Origin: Bigelowiella natans CCMP2755
Taxonomy: Eukaryota > Protista > Cercozoa
Direction of reading: 5' to 3'
DNA length: 64,000 nt
NCBI GenBank assembly: GCA_000320545.1
Contig: ADNK01002757.1
Span: 1-64,000, forward strand
Of this stretch, positions 27,382 to 41,439 are shown piece by piece. The notes beneath the pieces are model-generated. The model was not told the origin of the DNA and ran no database searches. It was given only the letters and a program-made list of their open reading frames with translations. Within the stretch, counting starts at the first letter, position 1. Every line of letters begins with the position of its first letter. The position numbers and the translations under genes were made by a program.

Positions 27382-28358
27382 AAGAAAGACGGAAAGGGTG
27401 ATAAGACCGTCATTGTTATCGTCGTCATCATCATTGTCATCATCATCATCACACCATTTGAACGAAAATATCGAAGTATTTCTTATCCTCTTGACGAGAT
27501 ATATGTTGCGCTGTTCTCATTACGCAATGGGGGGGCGGGGATTTCGCATAAGTGCTCTTAATATCTATCAAATATATGCAAAGGTTTCCCCTTTGTTGTC
27601 ATCGTATGCGTAGAGGAGTATACACGGCGACTGTTATCACCAGCATCATCGTTCTTTTACCTGTGTAGGGAGGAAGAACCTGTAGAGCATTGAGTAGCCT
27701 TCTTTTGTCCCACAGATCTATATATGAGTGTATGAATATATATAAATCACACCACAATGAAGACAGAAAGAAAGAAAGAAAGAAAGACATAATTTGTGAT
27801 TAAGATAATTGATGACTGTACTACTACTACTACTACTACTACTACCTCCGAATCTGAGAGGCAACTACTACTACTACTACTACTACTACTGCTACTACTG
27901 CTACCTCTGAATCTGAGAGGCACCTCACGAGGTATTCATTCAGCCCTACCAAAATGATAATAATAACGATGTATTAACAACAATAATAACAACAACGATG
28001 ACGACGAACGACGTGACAAAAGCCAGAAGCAGCATCAGCAGCAGAAGATGTAGGAGAAAGCTATTTTGATACAATAAAATACCAGTGCGTCGTTGCTCTT
28101 GGAACCAATCGGAAGTGTACGTGAAGAGGCCTGTTTTAGGAGGGAACCTAAAGGCTGCCATCTATACGATGCGTGTTTCAAAATAATAACATAATTAATT
28201 AATTAATTAATTAATGAATCATGATGAATCACCAAATCGTGCAATATAAAAGAAGTTATAGGGCAAGTGTCTATTTGCGTGATTGGTTCCCCAATGCAGT
28301 ATTGTTATAAAAAATATGAACAAATGGCAACATCTTACACTTTATTATCACCATCATT

Positions 28359-28390
<32 letters not shown>

Positions 28391-28492
28391 AGGAAACAAG
28401 CAAATAAGCAGACACACCTTCGCAGACCCAAATTTCTGAGAAAGAGCAGTGTGCAGCTGGAAGAACTGATAATGACGAAGATAATAATGATT

Positions 28493-28525
<33 letters not shown>

Positions 28526-28559
28526 CTGATAGTGATGAGTATGAGAATGCGGGTGGCGA

Positions 28560-28592
<33 letters not shown>

Positions 28593-28826
28593 CAGGAATA
28601 CAGGATGATACAATACAACAAGCGTTATTTCTCTCTTCGTCCTCCCTCCCCCCCCCCCCCCGTCCTCCATAGAAAATACGCTATGGCTCATTTCTCTTAT
28701 TATCATTATTATCATTCACCAATAGGTAGGTAGGTAAGCAGGTAGGTAGTAACGTACCTCACTATATCGTCGCTGGACACGAAACACATGTGCCCCTCTC
28801 ATCACCTCGCAGATATACCTTACCTG

Positions 28827-28862
<36 letters not shown>

Positions 28863-29905
28863 TGGTAGTGGTATTACAATCAAATGTATAATATCTCATT
28901 TTTAAGACGAAGAACACACGATGCTGTATTCCTTGACCCCCCTCCTCACTGTACTGTACATGGTGATACTTAAGACTACTATACTGACATGCTTCCCAAA
29001 CACATCCGATCGAATCTTAGACCCCACAATGCGAACTAATAGCCGTCGAGACTGAATAACAAAGAAAAGTAGTAGTAGTAGTAGTAGCGTGTGGGTTCAT
29101 TATCATTATCATCATGGTTACCATCAAATCATGTAGTAGCAGCAGCAGCAGCAGCACTGTTTTTGTTGTTATTATTACCGGCTTCATCGTTTGTATTCTC
29201 CTGTGTTTTGAGGTGCCTTCTATCTGTTTAGAAGGAGCAGGTGTACTCACAGGATTATCACCGAATATAGCAGCAGTAAAACGCTGCTTGAGGCCTACAC
29301 TCTTCTTGCTCTCGTGTTCTTTTCCATCATCAAGAGAGGAGTGAGAAACCGTGGATGTGGCCTTTTTCTTTGAAGCAGAACTACTGGGAGGTGTTGTAAT
29401 GGAGTTGTCACTGTCGGTATTTAAGGATGACTGTTCTCCTCCTCTTCCCACCCACGCTGTCTTCATCATATCTTCAGTGTAAGTATTATAGAGAGCTGCC
29501 CCCCCCGCACTGCTTTTGTGCGACGTTGATGTTGCGATACTGCCGCCCCCACCGTATCTGTATCGATGAGGACAAAGAAGGGGGGGGGGGGGGGGGGGAA
29601 ATGATTGATGGAGTAATAAGTCTGGCTGTATACCATAAGAAGATCATTGCAGATAATATATTTTCAAGGTGACTTGGAAAAAACTTACTTTGTGCGATGG
29701 AAAATGTACTTAGCGCGTCCACCGTGCTTGATATCTATTGTTGTTGTTGTTGTTATCATTACGTGGTAGAGTAGCAGTACTGCAATATAACACAGAGTTG
29801 GCCACCAGAGACGAAGTGAAGTAGTCGTAGTAGTCGTAGTCGTAGTAGTTGTAATAGTAGTTGTGACAGTACGCACACGCTATCCATTGATCTACTCACC
29901 ATCTA

Positions 29906-29940
<35 letters not shown>

Positions 29941-32038
29941 GCATCTATTCACTATTCACCTATTCATCATCAATATGATGGTGAAAATGGGATAGATAGA
30001 TGATACTCACCATCTGTCATCAATAAATAAATAAATAAATATGTATAGACGACGATGATGACAATATAAACAAGCACAAGGCACCAGTAAGATCTCGTAT
30101 TCCTGGTGGCTGGGAGGAAGCTCTACCAACTGAACAACAAATCACACAAGTAATAACACACAAAAACAACAAATCACACAAGTATTAACACACAAAAACC
30201 ATAAAACAAACATTAACCATCACACAAACAGTTTATTTTCCATCGCTGCCTCGAAATACAAACACACGCACACACAAGCACACACACGTACGTGTTTACC
30301 CCCCCACATTGGATGTACTCTCTAATCGTAGTACCCCTAGCTCTAGGCACTTCTTTGTTGTCATCGTCATCATCGTTGAGGGTGAAACGCATTATGTCGT
30401 TTGCTTCATTGGAGGAGGAAGTAGCAGCGAGACCGCCATTATTACCATGCCCGCCTCCACCCTTAGCATTATTATTGTCACTTTTGATTCTAGAGCTCCT
30501 TCCCCCCCTCTGATTTTGATTTTAAGGCAAATAACAACAACAAATAACAACTCACTCATCTTTCAGCATTGCGGTGTGCAGTCGGAGCTAAAAGAATATG
30601 TGCACTCGAAATTAAAGCAATATGAATCTCTGTCGTTTTGTAATATGTATAATGATATTACACGATGACGAAGGGTAGTGCTGCTGCTTGAGGGAAGAGA
30701 ACCATCATCGTTAGAAGAAGATACATTGCTACTATCTGGGCCATTGATTCGTTGCTGCTTGTTACCCACCCCCCTCCTTAGAATCTCCCCCTGAACAAGT
30801 GCCTCCATTGGTGATCTTGGAGATTTGGCAGGGGTCATCTTGAGCTTTGTGGATTTATTCATCTTGTTCTTCCTTCGTTTTCTCCAATTAATTGCTTCAG
30901 ATACGAGCACCATCATCACAGCAGTGCCAACAATACTCATAATATACACTACCAACAACAGGTACATCGTCACTTCAACGTTGCTTTGCCTGGAGACGAC
31001 CATCCCTCCTCCTCCTTCCTCTTCTCTCCCATTCGATAATCCAAGGAACATACCCAACACAGAGTCATATTTTTTACCAAAAGAACTAACAAATCGTTGA
31101 TTCAGCACTGGGTAGCAGCGCCCCCCCCCTCCCTGACAGAATTGCAAAGCGGCATATCCGAGAGCTATTCGCTGGGAGGGTGGAATGAGGGTGAGGAGAG
31201 AGAAGAAAATGACGTTTGGCAAAGCCATGGTAACCATGAGCGCCTCATTCGTGACAACAACAGGAAGCTGCCCAACAACGAGCATCAAGCCGAGCGAGAA
31301 CAGTCCTCCGGCTATCATTGTTTCCTCCCACAGAAACGACGATGATGATGATGATGACGATGATTCAACTGTGTATGCTACCGAGTATAGCACATGGCCA
31401 AGCAGCAATGTAGCTAAAACACAAATAATAGCCAAATAAAACACATTGTCCTTCTTGCCGCTGCTGCTGCTGCTGCGGCTGCTTATGTCGCCGTCACCGT
31501 TGATCAATGCTTTTCGTGCACGGCTGCTTATGCGTTTGTCCTTCTCATTATCATCACCAGTACCAGCACCAGCACTACTCTTGGTGGTGACAGTATCGGA
31601 TTGCAGCTTTTCATCCGTAGCCTCTATCTCTTGCTTCTTGTCACAAATCGAAGACGACGAAGGAGAAGGAACTTGCAACACAGCAGCAGCAGCAGCATTA
31701 TCAGCTGCTTGTTCTTGTTCTTCTTGTTGTTGTGCCTTCTTTTTAGCCAGGAGCTCCTTCTTTCTACGATCATCACGGGTCCTTCGCTTTTCACAAGCAC
31801 GATTCTTTAAAACCTCCACTTTGCTGTATTGCGTTTGTTTTTTTAAAAACATTTTAGTTATAATTCATTCGTATTCATGTTGGTGATAAATGATCATATT
31901 GCTGTATATGCCGTAAAATCATCATCATCATCATCATATTTAGCTTGGATATTGTCATCCATACTCTGGATGTGCTTTTATGAAGTCACGAATAGCAGCT
32001 AAGCACATCGGAGTGTCGTTCGCAACCTGTCAATAAGT

Positions 32039-32072
<34 letters not shown>

Positions 32073-33182
32073 CATATCATAATCATCGTCGTTGTCGTCA
32101 TCATAAGATTTACCTTGTTTTAAGATGAATAACGAGCAGAGAGAAGAAGAAGAAGAAGAAGTGAAACCAAAGATAATAAGTAGGTAGTGTAGAAGGAATG
32201 GACGATTATATAGCAGCAGCAGCAGCAGCAGCAGCAGAGAGCATATCACCTGATTCACCAGCCATGTCGGCAGTGTTCCTTTTGGATTCATAGCGGTTAT
32301 ATAAGTAGCTTTGCAAGATGAAGATGATGATGATGAGGAAATAAATTCCCAACCACCATACATCAAATCCGCCCTGAATCATGTGATATGATGATGATAA
32401 GCAACTTAACTGCTTCCTTCATGTTTTCTTTTTTTTTAACATTTCTTCTACTTACCGTACTATCCCTGATACATCAGGAGCATCTTTGTGACTGAAGGAA
32501 GTAGCAAGCACGCGCACTCCAACGTTATTACTACCATTGTTTTCGCTGTTTCCCCCCCCCTCTTGATTATTCTCTCTATGCCGAATCTGAAATTAATTAT
32601 GGAAATATAACAGAACGATGAATCTACGTGAGGAATGATGCACTAGTGCACACACTCACACACACACACACACACACATAAATAACGACGATAGATACTA
32701 TTCAGATATTCGGATGCTGATGGTTATTGATGCACGCTGCAAAATGCTCTTTCTTGTCTTGTACTGCATAGACGACCGATGACAACAACCTCTGACACAT
32801 TCACGAAGTCTCTTTGTGATACGGGCCACGGAGCTTTATATCTTAACAATATATACATATATGCCAGTGATGATGATGGATATAAGATAGAGGCGGGGAG
32901 GGGAGGGGGGGGATTCAGGCAGCAGCTAGAGCTTTGAGGAATTATTCTCTTTCTGATGATCCTTGCTTGTTGTGTTATTTTGAAGCAATAAATAATGATC
33001 TGTGCATCATGTAGTACCTCATGTAAACGATCTTCCTTTCATTTTCAGACTCCTGGAATGATATAATATAAAATAAATAAATACAAAATATTTGTATGTT
33101 GGTATAGTTATACCTTAAAGTCTTGTACGATATGCCCTCTATCGAATTGCTTGTCCCAGAATTGCATAAAACTTTGTTGTAA

Positions 33183-33213
<31 letters not shown>

Positions 33214-34133
33214 GGCAGTCGGGAATAACAAAGAGACAGACAACAACATAGTGAATGAATTTCTACAAATCATGGCTATCAGAATTATTCTATTGTATCG
33301 AAAAATATGGTGTGAATGGGGGAGGTGACTAGTACGTGTGTTGCATTTGCATTTACATGTTTGATATTAATGCTATTACTCAAAATCTGTTACGAGCTCG
33401 GCTGCCGTGGAAGGGGAGATGCTAAGCTGAGATACGCCTTTATTGATAGGTTACCACACACACCGCCACGTTTGACAAGAACCACCACAATCAACTCAGT
33501 TATTGACTCTGCTTATAGCAAAAAGGAGGATAAACACATTCTCTTCTCTTATTCGTTGTGTAGGCAACGAATGTAATCGTGTTTTCATACAGCCAACAAT
33601 AACCCCGAAGCAATTTTGAAAGTGTCGGAGTGCGAAATAAACTTCCTCATCCTCCCCTTCCTCCTCCTCTTCCTCCTACTTTCCACGTTCATCCTTTCAT
33701 TATTACCCTTCGTGTACTTGAGAACCTTCCCCGCATTTTCAACCATATTGAAATGAACCTCCACCTCTCTTATTGTATCCGTGTACAGATAAAAACAAAT
33801 AATTCCAGTCGTCAGAAAGAAACCAACCGGTTTCATCATAAATACCGTGTGTGCATCATCATGAAATATTTGCCATTCTTGATATTCTCCCTCTCTGCCC
33901 TTCTCTCTATTTTTATAAATACTTAGTAGTACCCTTTCACATATTGTTTATTCCATCCTCCGACACCTAAGAGTAATAATAACGGATACATGCGTTGTTT
34001 ATTACATCAATCCTAACTAAACGATGCTACTTACTCTCGTCATAATTTCCTTCCACGAGTTACTACCTTTCAGCGCCGATTCAATTTCTCGGTTTGCTAT
34101 CTCTAGCACCCTATCTTGATCGGCTTTACTCAT
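27283..34133 (-). CDS. START lipid-transfer domain + hydrophobic membrane region + C-terminal PX domain (probably one gene)
   Basis: START: WDKQF, YKAPWPVSQRDFV, GIVRAD, NPKGTLPTWLVNQ. Exon ~30660-31820 has several TM-like segments. PX: VRYICEV..VQRRYSEFFQLHTAL..FPPK..EQRRTGLNEYL. Linker exons at 29.7-30.6 kb are only partly resolved. Confidence 0.72.
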
Positions 34134-34992
34134 TGTAGTCCTTGCTCTTATTGCAGTAACAGGCGAGTCAACCCACTAAGCTACTACTACTACTCAGCTA
34201 ATCTTTGATTGCTGCAGCACACACCTGAACGAAGAATAGATTGAAATTATCACACAATTAGTATCTCCATAACAATGGGGGGGACAACATTCGCTTGTCT
34301 ACGAACCCAACTTATCGATATCAGCGTATTCATTCGATTAAACTTTACAATTTTTTTTCCCCTTTGCTGATAGACGAAGCACGGGCCACGATAGTTTTGA
34401 ATGAAAGCACCGACGATTTTCGCCGCAGACACGCGCATTCCGTAAGAGTGTTAACCACATTTCAAACCTCTCACAAACGCAGGCTTACTCTAATAAGTGC
34501 TCATTGTATTGAAATCCCAAAAAAATCCATTCTGATGAACCCCCTTTGTATCTACCGATGCAAATCGCAGCCTCAAGATCAGAGCGACGGGGAACGTGTG
34601 ATGGGGTGGTAGGAAGGGGAAGAGTGGGGAAAAAGATCTCCGTTCTCTAGCTGCGACAAGCGATTTCCTAGGATTTCCTTCGTTTTTGTCATAAATTAGA
34701 AAATTACGAAAATCGATCCTTTGTACACACGTTATTCTTTGCTTTTGATACTGCGTCAGCTATGATTGAATGTCTTAAAGGCATGAACAGCTCCACTAAC
34801 TGGCAACGCATTTCTTCACAACTAGATGGGATTTCACAATTGAAGAAAGTCGCGAGGTAGAAATATCATTCATTCAACGCTCAGCTTGGAGCTTCACCGT
34901 TGAGTTCTTCGATCCTTTTTTGAATAAAATATGGATGTGATTTGTCGCAGAAGCGAATTACACTGCGTTTCTATAAATAGAGTTAGAACTCA

Positions 34993-35046
34993 AAACCCAA
35001 CTTACCAAACGGAAGCTCGAAACCCAACTTACCAAACGGAAGCTCG
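34993..35046. repeat. 27-bp tandem duplication
   Basis: AAACCCAACTTACCAAACGGAAGCTCG x2. Confidence 0.9.
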
Positions 35047-35776
35047 ATCGCGAAAGCGATGACATGGTCAAGGCTGCTGCTGCAGGGATGGGTGCTAAGC
35101 GATCTCTGCAAGGTGCTAATACTAGCCCCGCAGCTGATCTACGGCATCTATTCGAGAGTCTGGAGAACAACTAACAAGCACAACCGCCGAATTGCCATGT
35201 AATATTGACAAAAAAATATGAAGAAATGAGTTTTATATTATCTGTTACGTTGCTCAAGTAAACACTCTATCACCTATCTATCGCGTGCAACTATTTTACA
35301 TAGAACAAAATTTAGAGCATGCATTGGACTTTTAAATCGTCTTTATGGTAATGAACAGAGCTGCATTTGTCAATGCTGGGTTTCTGCTGGCGGTCTCCAT
35401 TGTAAGCATTTCCTGACCTTTTTAATAGCGAACAGCGTATAAGATGGCATTTCTATGCCATCTATTGAATAAAAAATAGATATTTCACTCTACATAGAGT
35501 TTGAATTTGCACGCCATCTGATTGTTCTCTGCTGCTTCTGTTAAACCCTTAATCCTCAAAAGGGAGAGCACGACCCCCCGTTAATCTCCTATGGGTGGAG
35601 AGCATCTCTGGCCCTCACCTTCATACGCATTGTAAGATATTCCGTTCTCAATATATCACCAGCTTCACCGTAGCTTCGAGGCCGGATATCTCCTAAAAAT
35701 ATGTGAGTCTCTACTCTCACATCTGTGTGTTTTCCTCTCTTCCTCTCTTTTGTTATTGTTTCCCTTCACCTTCCAG

Positions 35777-38700
35777 GGTATCCTCTCTACGGTCATCATG
35801 TATATGGCCTTGGTTTTATCAAAAGCACAACAAACGGCATCTCGATCCATTGGAAGTATTGTTCGAAGCAGATTGCGGGACACCAATCGTAGACGACAAA
35901 GCAATTCAAGGGAGACCGTTCTGAAAATTGGTCAGAGAGTAGTTAGTAATACGGAGCTTTTTGTTGTAGTTGCGTACGAATCATAGGAACTAGAAGTAAT
36001 AATATGGTGCTATGAGAAAGAAAGTACTTGTCACGCAAATTTCATGATAATAGCCAAAGAGATCACATAAAGCACACCACCGTAACTAAAGGAATGTGCA
36101 ATCACGCAATATAATTTTTATAGATACCTCTTGATTTCCAAATTCATTTCACAAAAAAAATGTCACTCACAGAGGATGAGACTTCCTGTTCAATAATTCT
36201 AAAACTTTATGCATACGAAGAACGATTGCTTACTTATCATTAGCCTTAAATTCAGCTTTGTTGTGTGTGTTATTGCCAGCGACACCAGTGATGATCCTAT
36301 TCCTGATGACGTATGTCGTTGGAGCTCTCATAACAAATGATTTAGTGTTCTCCTTAGCCCTATATTTGGCAGTAGCTATTGCCATCATCATAGGAGGTTC
36401 TTCATCAACCTAAATCAATAGCTGTTTACCAGTGTCGTCATTCCTAAACAAACAATAAGAAGATATATGATAATGGTAATAATAGTGACAGAGAGATTGG
36501 TGATAATGATCCAAGAGAGTCTTTCCCGTCTCTCTCTCTCTCTCTCTCTCTCATTACTACTATCCAAACCTTGGTAGGGGGAGTTTGGGTAGAATCAGCT
36601 GTACGCCTTTATAAAGTTCTCAGAGAAAATCGCCGAAATTTGAGGGAAGAGGACCCTCTTCCTGTGCCTGATTCTAAGGTAAAATACGCCAGACAGAAAT
36701 CAAGCGAAGAGAGGAGTCTGAAGCGTGAGAGATAAGCAGCATTTTACCAATACCTGTCTTCTTTGTGTATTTAGATATGGTTGTCGCGAATGAGCTACGC
36801 AGCAGATTTCACTTTAATAAGGCGGTCTTTTCATAGTAAAGTTGAGGTGAAAGAGGAAAACAGCAACAGCAAGGGCACCAACATAACTAAAGAAGAAGAA
36901 GCCAATAGAGATACCAATAACAAAATGAAGTCCACTACTCCTCTGGAATTTGCCTCTTGTGTTCCCCTTCGGTTTGCTGAGCAGCCCGGCGGAGTGAGCT
37001 TCGTTGGTCCTTGCACCGTTACTCCACGGCAACAAGTGGCAACGTTTGGTGTGAATAATAACAATAACAATAATAATAATAATGATAATAATAATAATAA
37101 AAGCAGCAGAGGGGAAGAAGGCCTCCTTGCCATTATCACACCAAGTACAAAGGAATCAAGTAGTAGCAAGACCGGATTAGCTGAGGTCTGTATGCAGCAT
37201 GATGCTGCTCGATATAAGTTATATTCGGCTGCACATCTAATCATCCTATTTGTTAGGGTCATCACCTTGCTCCTCCTCCTCCCCCTCCTCCTACTCCTCC
37301 TCCTCCTCCCTCTTATGAGGATACATTAAAATGGGATAGTAGTTCGGTTTCTAAGCAAAGAGGTGCCTTGCAAGTTGTCCAACGTGTCGATGATTCCTCT
37401 GCAATAGCTATCGATAATGTTGATACAACCCAACAGCTGGCGAAAAGCTCCAATGCCACAACCGAGAAAGAAGAATACAAAGAGAAGAGTACAATGGAAA
37501 ATGGAGATATTTGTTGGAATAGCGCTAATGATAGCAGTGGCCTAGTCGATTATGACCATAAAACTGATAGACAAAAGAAGGAGGGGGAGGAGGAGGAGGA
37601 GGAGGAGGAGGAGGAGGAGAAGGAGGAGGATCAGGAACACGATCACTCGAACGGTAGCAGTATCGAAGGAAAGAGGAATGATAGACAACAAGAAGTAGCC
37701 GCTAAGCATCATCATCATGATGGTTATAATCGTCATCATCGTCATGAACGTACGATCACTGCTTCCGAGTACACTAGTAACGATATAGATGGCATTCATC
37801 CTTCCCACCATCCTACCAGCAGCAATATTGACATTAGTAGAATCTCCAGTGAAGAAGAAGAAGAAGAAGAAGAAGAAGAAGAAGAAAAGGAAGAGGCACT
37901 GAATGTCTCGCTTGCCCCTCCTCCTCCTTTTCCATTGAAGCCCAACACCGGCCAAATGAAAGAGGACCAGCAAGACAAAACGATAGCGTCTTCTTGTCCT
38001 CTTTCATCATCTACATTAGTAGACTTGCCTCCGCTACCAAAAATGCCGAAATGTGTAGTAACAATGGCCAAACGAAGGTTCACTGAACTATCATCTTACC
38101 TAACTAATGACGTTGTGAGCGGAGGACGTAAGGATAAGAACGACAGGAGCGAAAAGAAATATCATAAAAGAGAAGTAGAGACGAGAAAGGGGAGGACGAA
38201 GAAAATGACCAGCAAGAATGAGAAAACGAAGCCAAATCTGACCTCTGGTGATTGCTTACTTTGAATTTACTAGAGTGAAAATTCATTGTTCATTGATCTT
38301 ACCACAAACAAAATATGTGATCTTTGGTAATATTATCAGTGAGGCGTGTGGGGTCCATCAGCTCCTTTAATGCTGATGCGAGTGAGACAAGCAGCCAAAA
38401 TCGCAACACTTATGAGCAGGAGGGAAAGGATGATGGCGATGTGTTTGAAGAGGAGGACGAGAAGCACAACTACGGCAGTAAAACTAGCTGTGAGTCAAAG
38501 GAGGCCATCACGTTTACAATGGGGACGACAACAACACTTAATACTGCGATGCCACTGATAGACCGAATACGTTCCAGCAGCTTAAACTACACTCCCAAAG
38601 CATCCTACAATCATCATGACATCATTCCTGAAACAATTGCCTTAGACAAGTCGATGCATTCACTACTACAGAAATTTGGCACCTACTCCGAGATGATACC

Positions 38701-40343
38701 CCCTCCTCCTCCTGCGTCGTCCAAACAGCTCAAGGTGAATCACATATCATCAGATTGTCATATAATGATGGTTATAGTAGCAGTACAACTCACCTTGATG
38801 GTATCATTCATGATGATATCAGGAAAATCAGAGATATAACAATGACAGTGGCAGCTTAGTTGGAGCAGTTACGAAGTTTGAAGAAAAAGAAATCAAACCC
38901 GATGTAAGAACGTACAAATATGTAAGCAGCATAGCATAAAAGCACATTATTTTTTAGTTTGACCTTGATTCGGATCTTGAAGGCCATAGCCTGCGTTCCA
39001 ATGTCGAAAATTCAAAATATCATTGCTCAATGAGCATAGCCTATGCTTAATATAGACAACTGATGTATTTAGGTAAAGGCAGTTCGAAATAGTGAAGAAA
39101 AAAAGAAGAAGATGATGATGAAGATGAGCCTACAAGAAGATGCTGATAAACATATAGGGCTGCCATCTCTGAAATTAGATGCCGATAGGGATAACAACAA
39201 CAACAACAACAACAACAACAATAACAACAACAGTAGGAGTTACAGCAGCAATGGTAACTACAGCAGCGGGCAAACTAAAAATGAAACTAAAAATGATCAA
39301 GAATCATCAATAACTAGGAAGAGCATCAGCAGGCCGAAGAGTGCTACTACTGTCGATGTCCCTATTCCTGCAGCAACAACGACGAATCTGAAAACAAACA
39401 CCTCAGCAGCTTGTTCTTTGAGCATGGCTGCTACTGCTGCTGCTGGAGGTGATAGTGCAAATACTATTGGCGCCTCATTCGTTCATAATCAAAGTAGAAG
39501 TACCACAGCAGGTCATCAAAGCATATCAGCAAGTCGTCGTCAATACAGTCATAGCAGGACGCACAGTCGATCTCTCACGCAAATACAGCAGCGGCAGCAA
39601 CAGCAGCTTCCTCCTCTTCCTCCACATCATCGGAATGGAAATAATGCACCACAGCTTCAACGAAGACGCTCCTCACATCATCATCGTTATCATCGCTATC
39701 GTGACGCGAAGGGAATGCCACCCCCCACTCCAACTCGCATCAGCCAAGCTGACCTGAATGCCGGAAACGGAAATACTTTTGATCTAGCCGAGAAGAAGTT
39801 TCTAAGAAAACTTCGGCGGTAAACCCATTCGATGCAATTGTCATATTTATCATCATTTTCACCATTATCATTATTTTCACCATTATCATCATCCCCATAT
39901 TATGTAGATCTTATTGCCTCTTTATTCATAATCATGATATTCATGATCATAATTGACCGCCATTATGCATGTAATCCCGCAGAAATAGCATAAATGAGAC
40001 AATTTTTGATTTCGAAAGGTACATATGGTTATTCTGGATAATCACGCTTCCTGTAGTTTTAGTACTCTTAACAGTGGCCTTTGAAGGAATACGTCGACAA
40101 TTTGATAACGGCGATAACAATAATCAGGCTGCATTAGGACATGGTATATTTTCATCATCTTCTGCGTCATCAACATCGTCCTCATCCTCCAGCACATCAT
40201 ACAAACGGGAATACGATGAGGCAAGGAGCAAGTACAATTTGTTGCAGGATCTTGCTGTTTTCTCACAGATAGTAGTAAATGTGGCCTATCAAGCTTATTC
40301 ACATTCTCCTCGTACTCTTCGTAGGAGAAATGGTTTACGATGA
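35777..40343 (+). CDS. Large low-complexity multi-exon hypothetical protein
   Basis: Successive + strand coding-like exons (36578-36678, 36775-37185, ~37257-38247, ~38340-38733, ~39100-39818, ~40074-40343) with GT-AG borders. Poly-E/N/P tracts are present and no domain was recognised. The start is uncertain. Confidence 0.5.
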
Positions 40344-40429
40344 GATTGCTACTTCTACATCGTATTAACTGAATACTGTTGCGCAAGACAGCTCTCCTTG
40401 TACCATGGGGACCGTGTTTTGTGATGACT

Positions 40430-41300
40430 AGATGATTTTGTCTCTCAATGTTTTCACCGGCCAGGACCTGCATGCTAGCATGTGCACGCATGTGGGTTTC
40501 CTTGGCATTCGCATGTGCAAATCGTCATTGATCATCAGGTCACAGGCGGGAGATGTCAATGCACACCGGAGTGCAGATCTGCACACATTTCTAGATCTGT
40601 GTGCTGAATGTGCAGCATGCGTGTGTGCGTGCAAGAGAACGGCCATGCTGGCATGGACATCGCAATGCACAATTTCATGAAAGTTGTGGATCTGTGCTAG
40701 CCATGAATGATGCGAAGCAGCGAATTCTCAAATTGCGCCTTTCAATCACAGCCCCGCAAGCTACAAGCACTGCGAGACTGCCAGGCTGTCATTTTCCTCA
40801 ACACAGAGCAACCCAGCCAGTTTGGCATTCATTGACCATGCTGAGCCAGCTGTGTGCATCGCAGCTGGCGGTGGGCCGCAGTCTCCGGAATCGACAAGAA
40901 ATTGCTGGATCGAACAACACTCCTGTGTTGGCAACACCCAGCTAGCTAGCTAGCCAGCGTTGTGTGGACATTGAACTTCACATCGTTGCAAAAACCACAC
41001 CTGTTTCGCCAGCACACAGCCACGCAATGTGACAGCAACAGGGTGCAACTCGAGGGTCTCTCTCGTTTTTCACAGCATCATCGGAAAAACAAACCATCAT
41101 GGATGCAAGCAAATCCATCCCCATGAAAACAACATTCAATGCAGTTGTGACAGTTTTTGGATTGATTTTTCTCAAGCCTGCCCATTCGGGTGAAATGAAG
41201 GTTGTCGCAAATGAATCATGTAGGCCAATTTGACCAACATTGGTCAACTGGTGGTGCTCTGTTTTGGTCCATGGTCCAGCACACTTTTCGTCGGGGGGTC
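40430..41300. other. TpA-depleted intergenic island
   Basis: All residual TA lie in CTAG or GTAG/CTAC. Normal TA content returns abruptly at ~41306. Confidence 0.85.
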
Positions 41301-41439
41301 TTCGGGTTAATCGCAATTATTTCCTGGTAATATTTCCTTATTTTCTTTCTGGGAGGCTATTCATACTTTTGAGCAACAAAGTCAACTAGAAGTAGTGTGC
41401 GATAGATAAAACAAACAATGAGCAGGACATTTACGGCTG

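Noticed and set aside
27842-27922. Duplicated 22-bp exon end plus donor site in the PX region
   Set aside because: Read-through to the second donor meets in-frame TAG. It is probably neutral slippage next to a (CTA)n array.
34760-35174. Possible small + strand gene containing the 27-bp duplication
   Set aside because: I could not build a phase-consistent model or recognise any homology.
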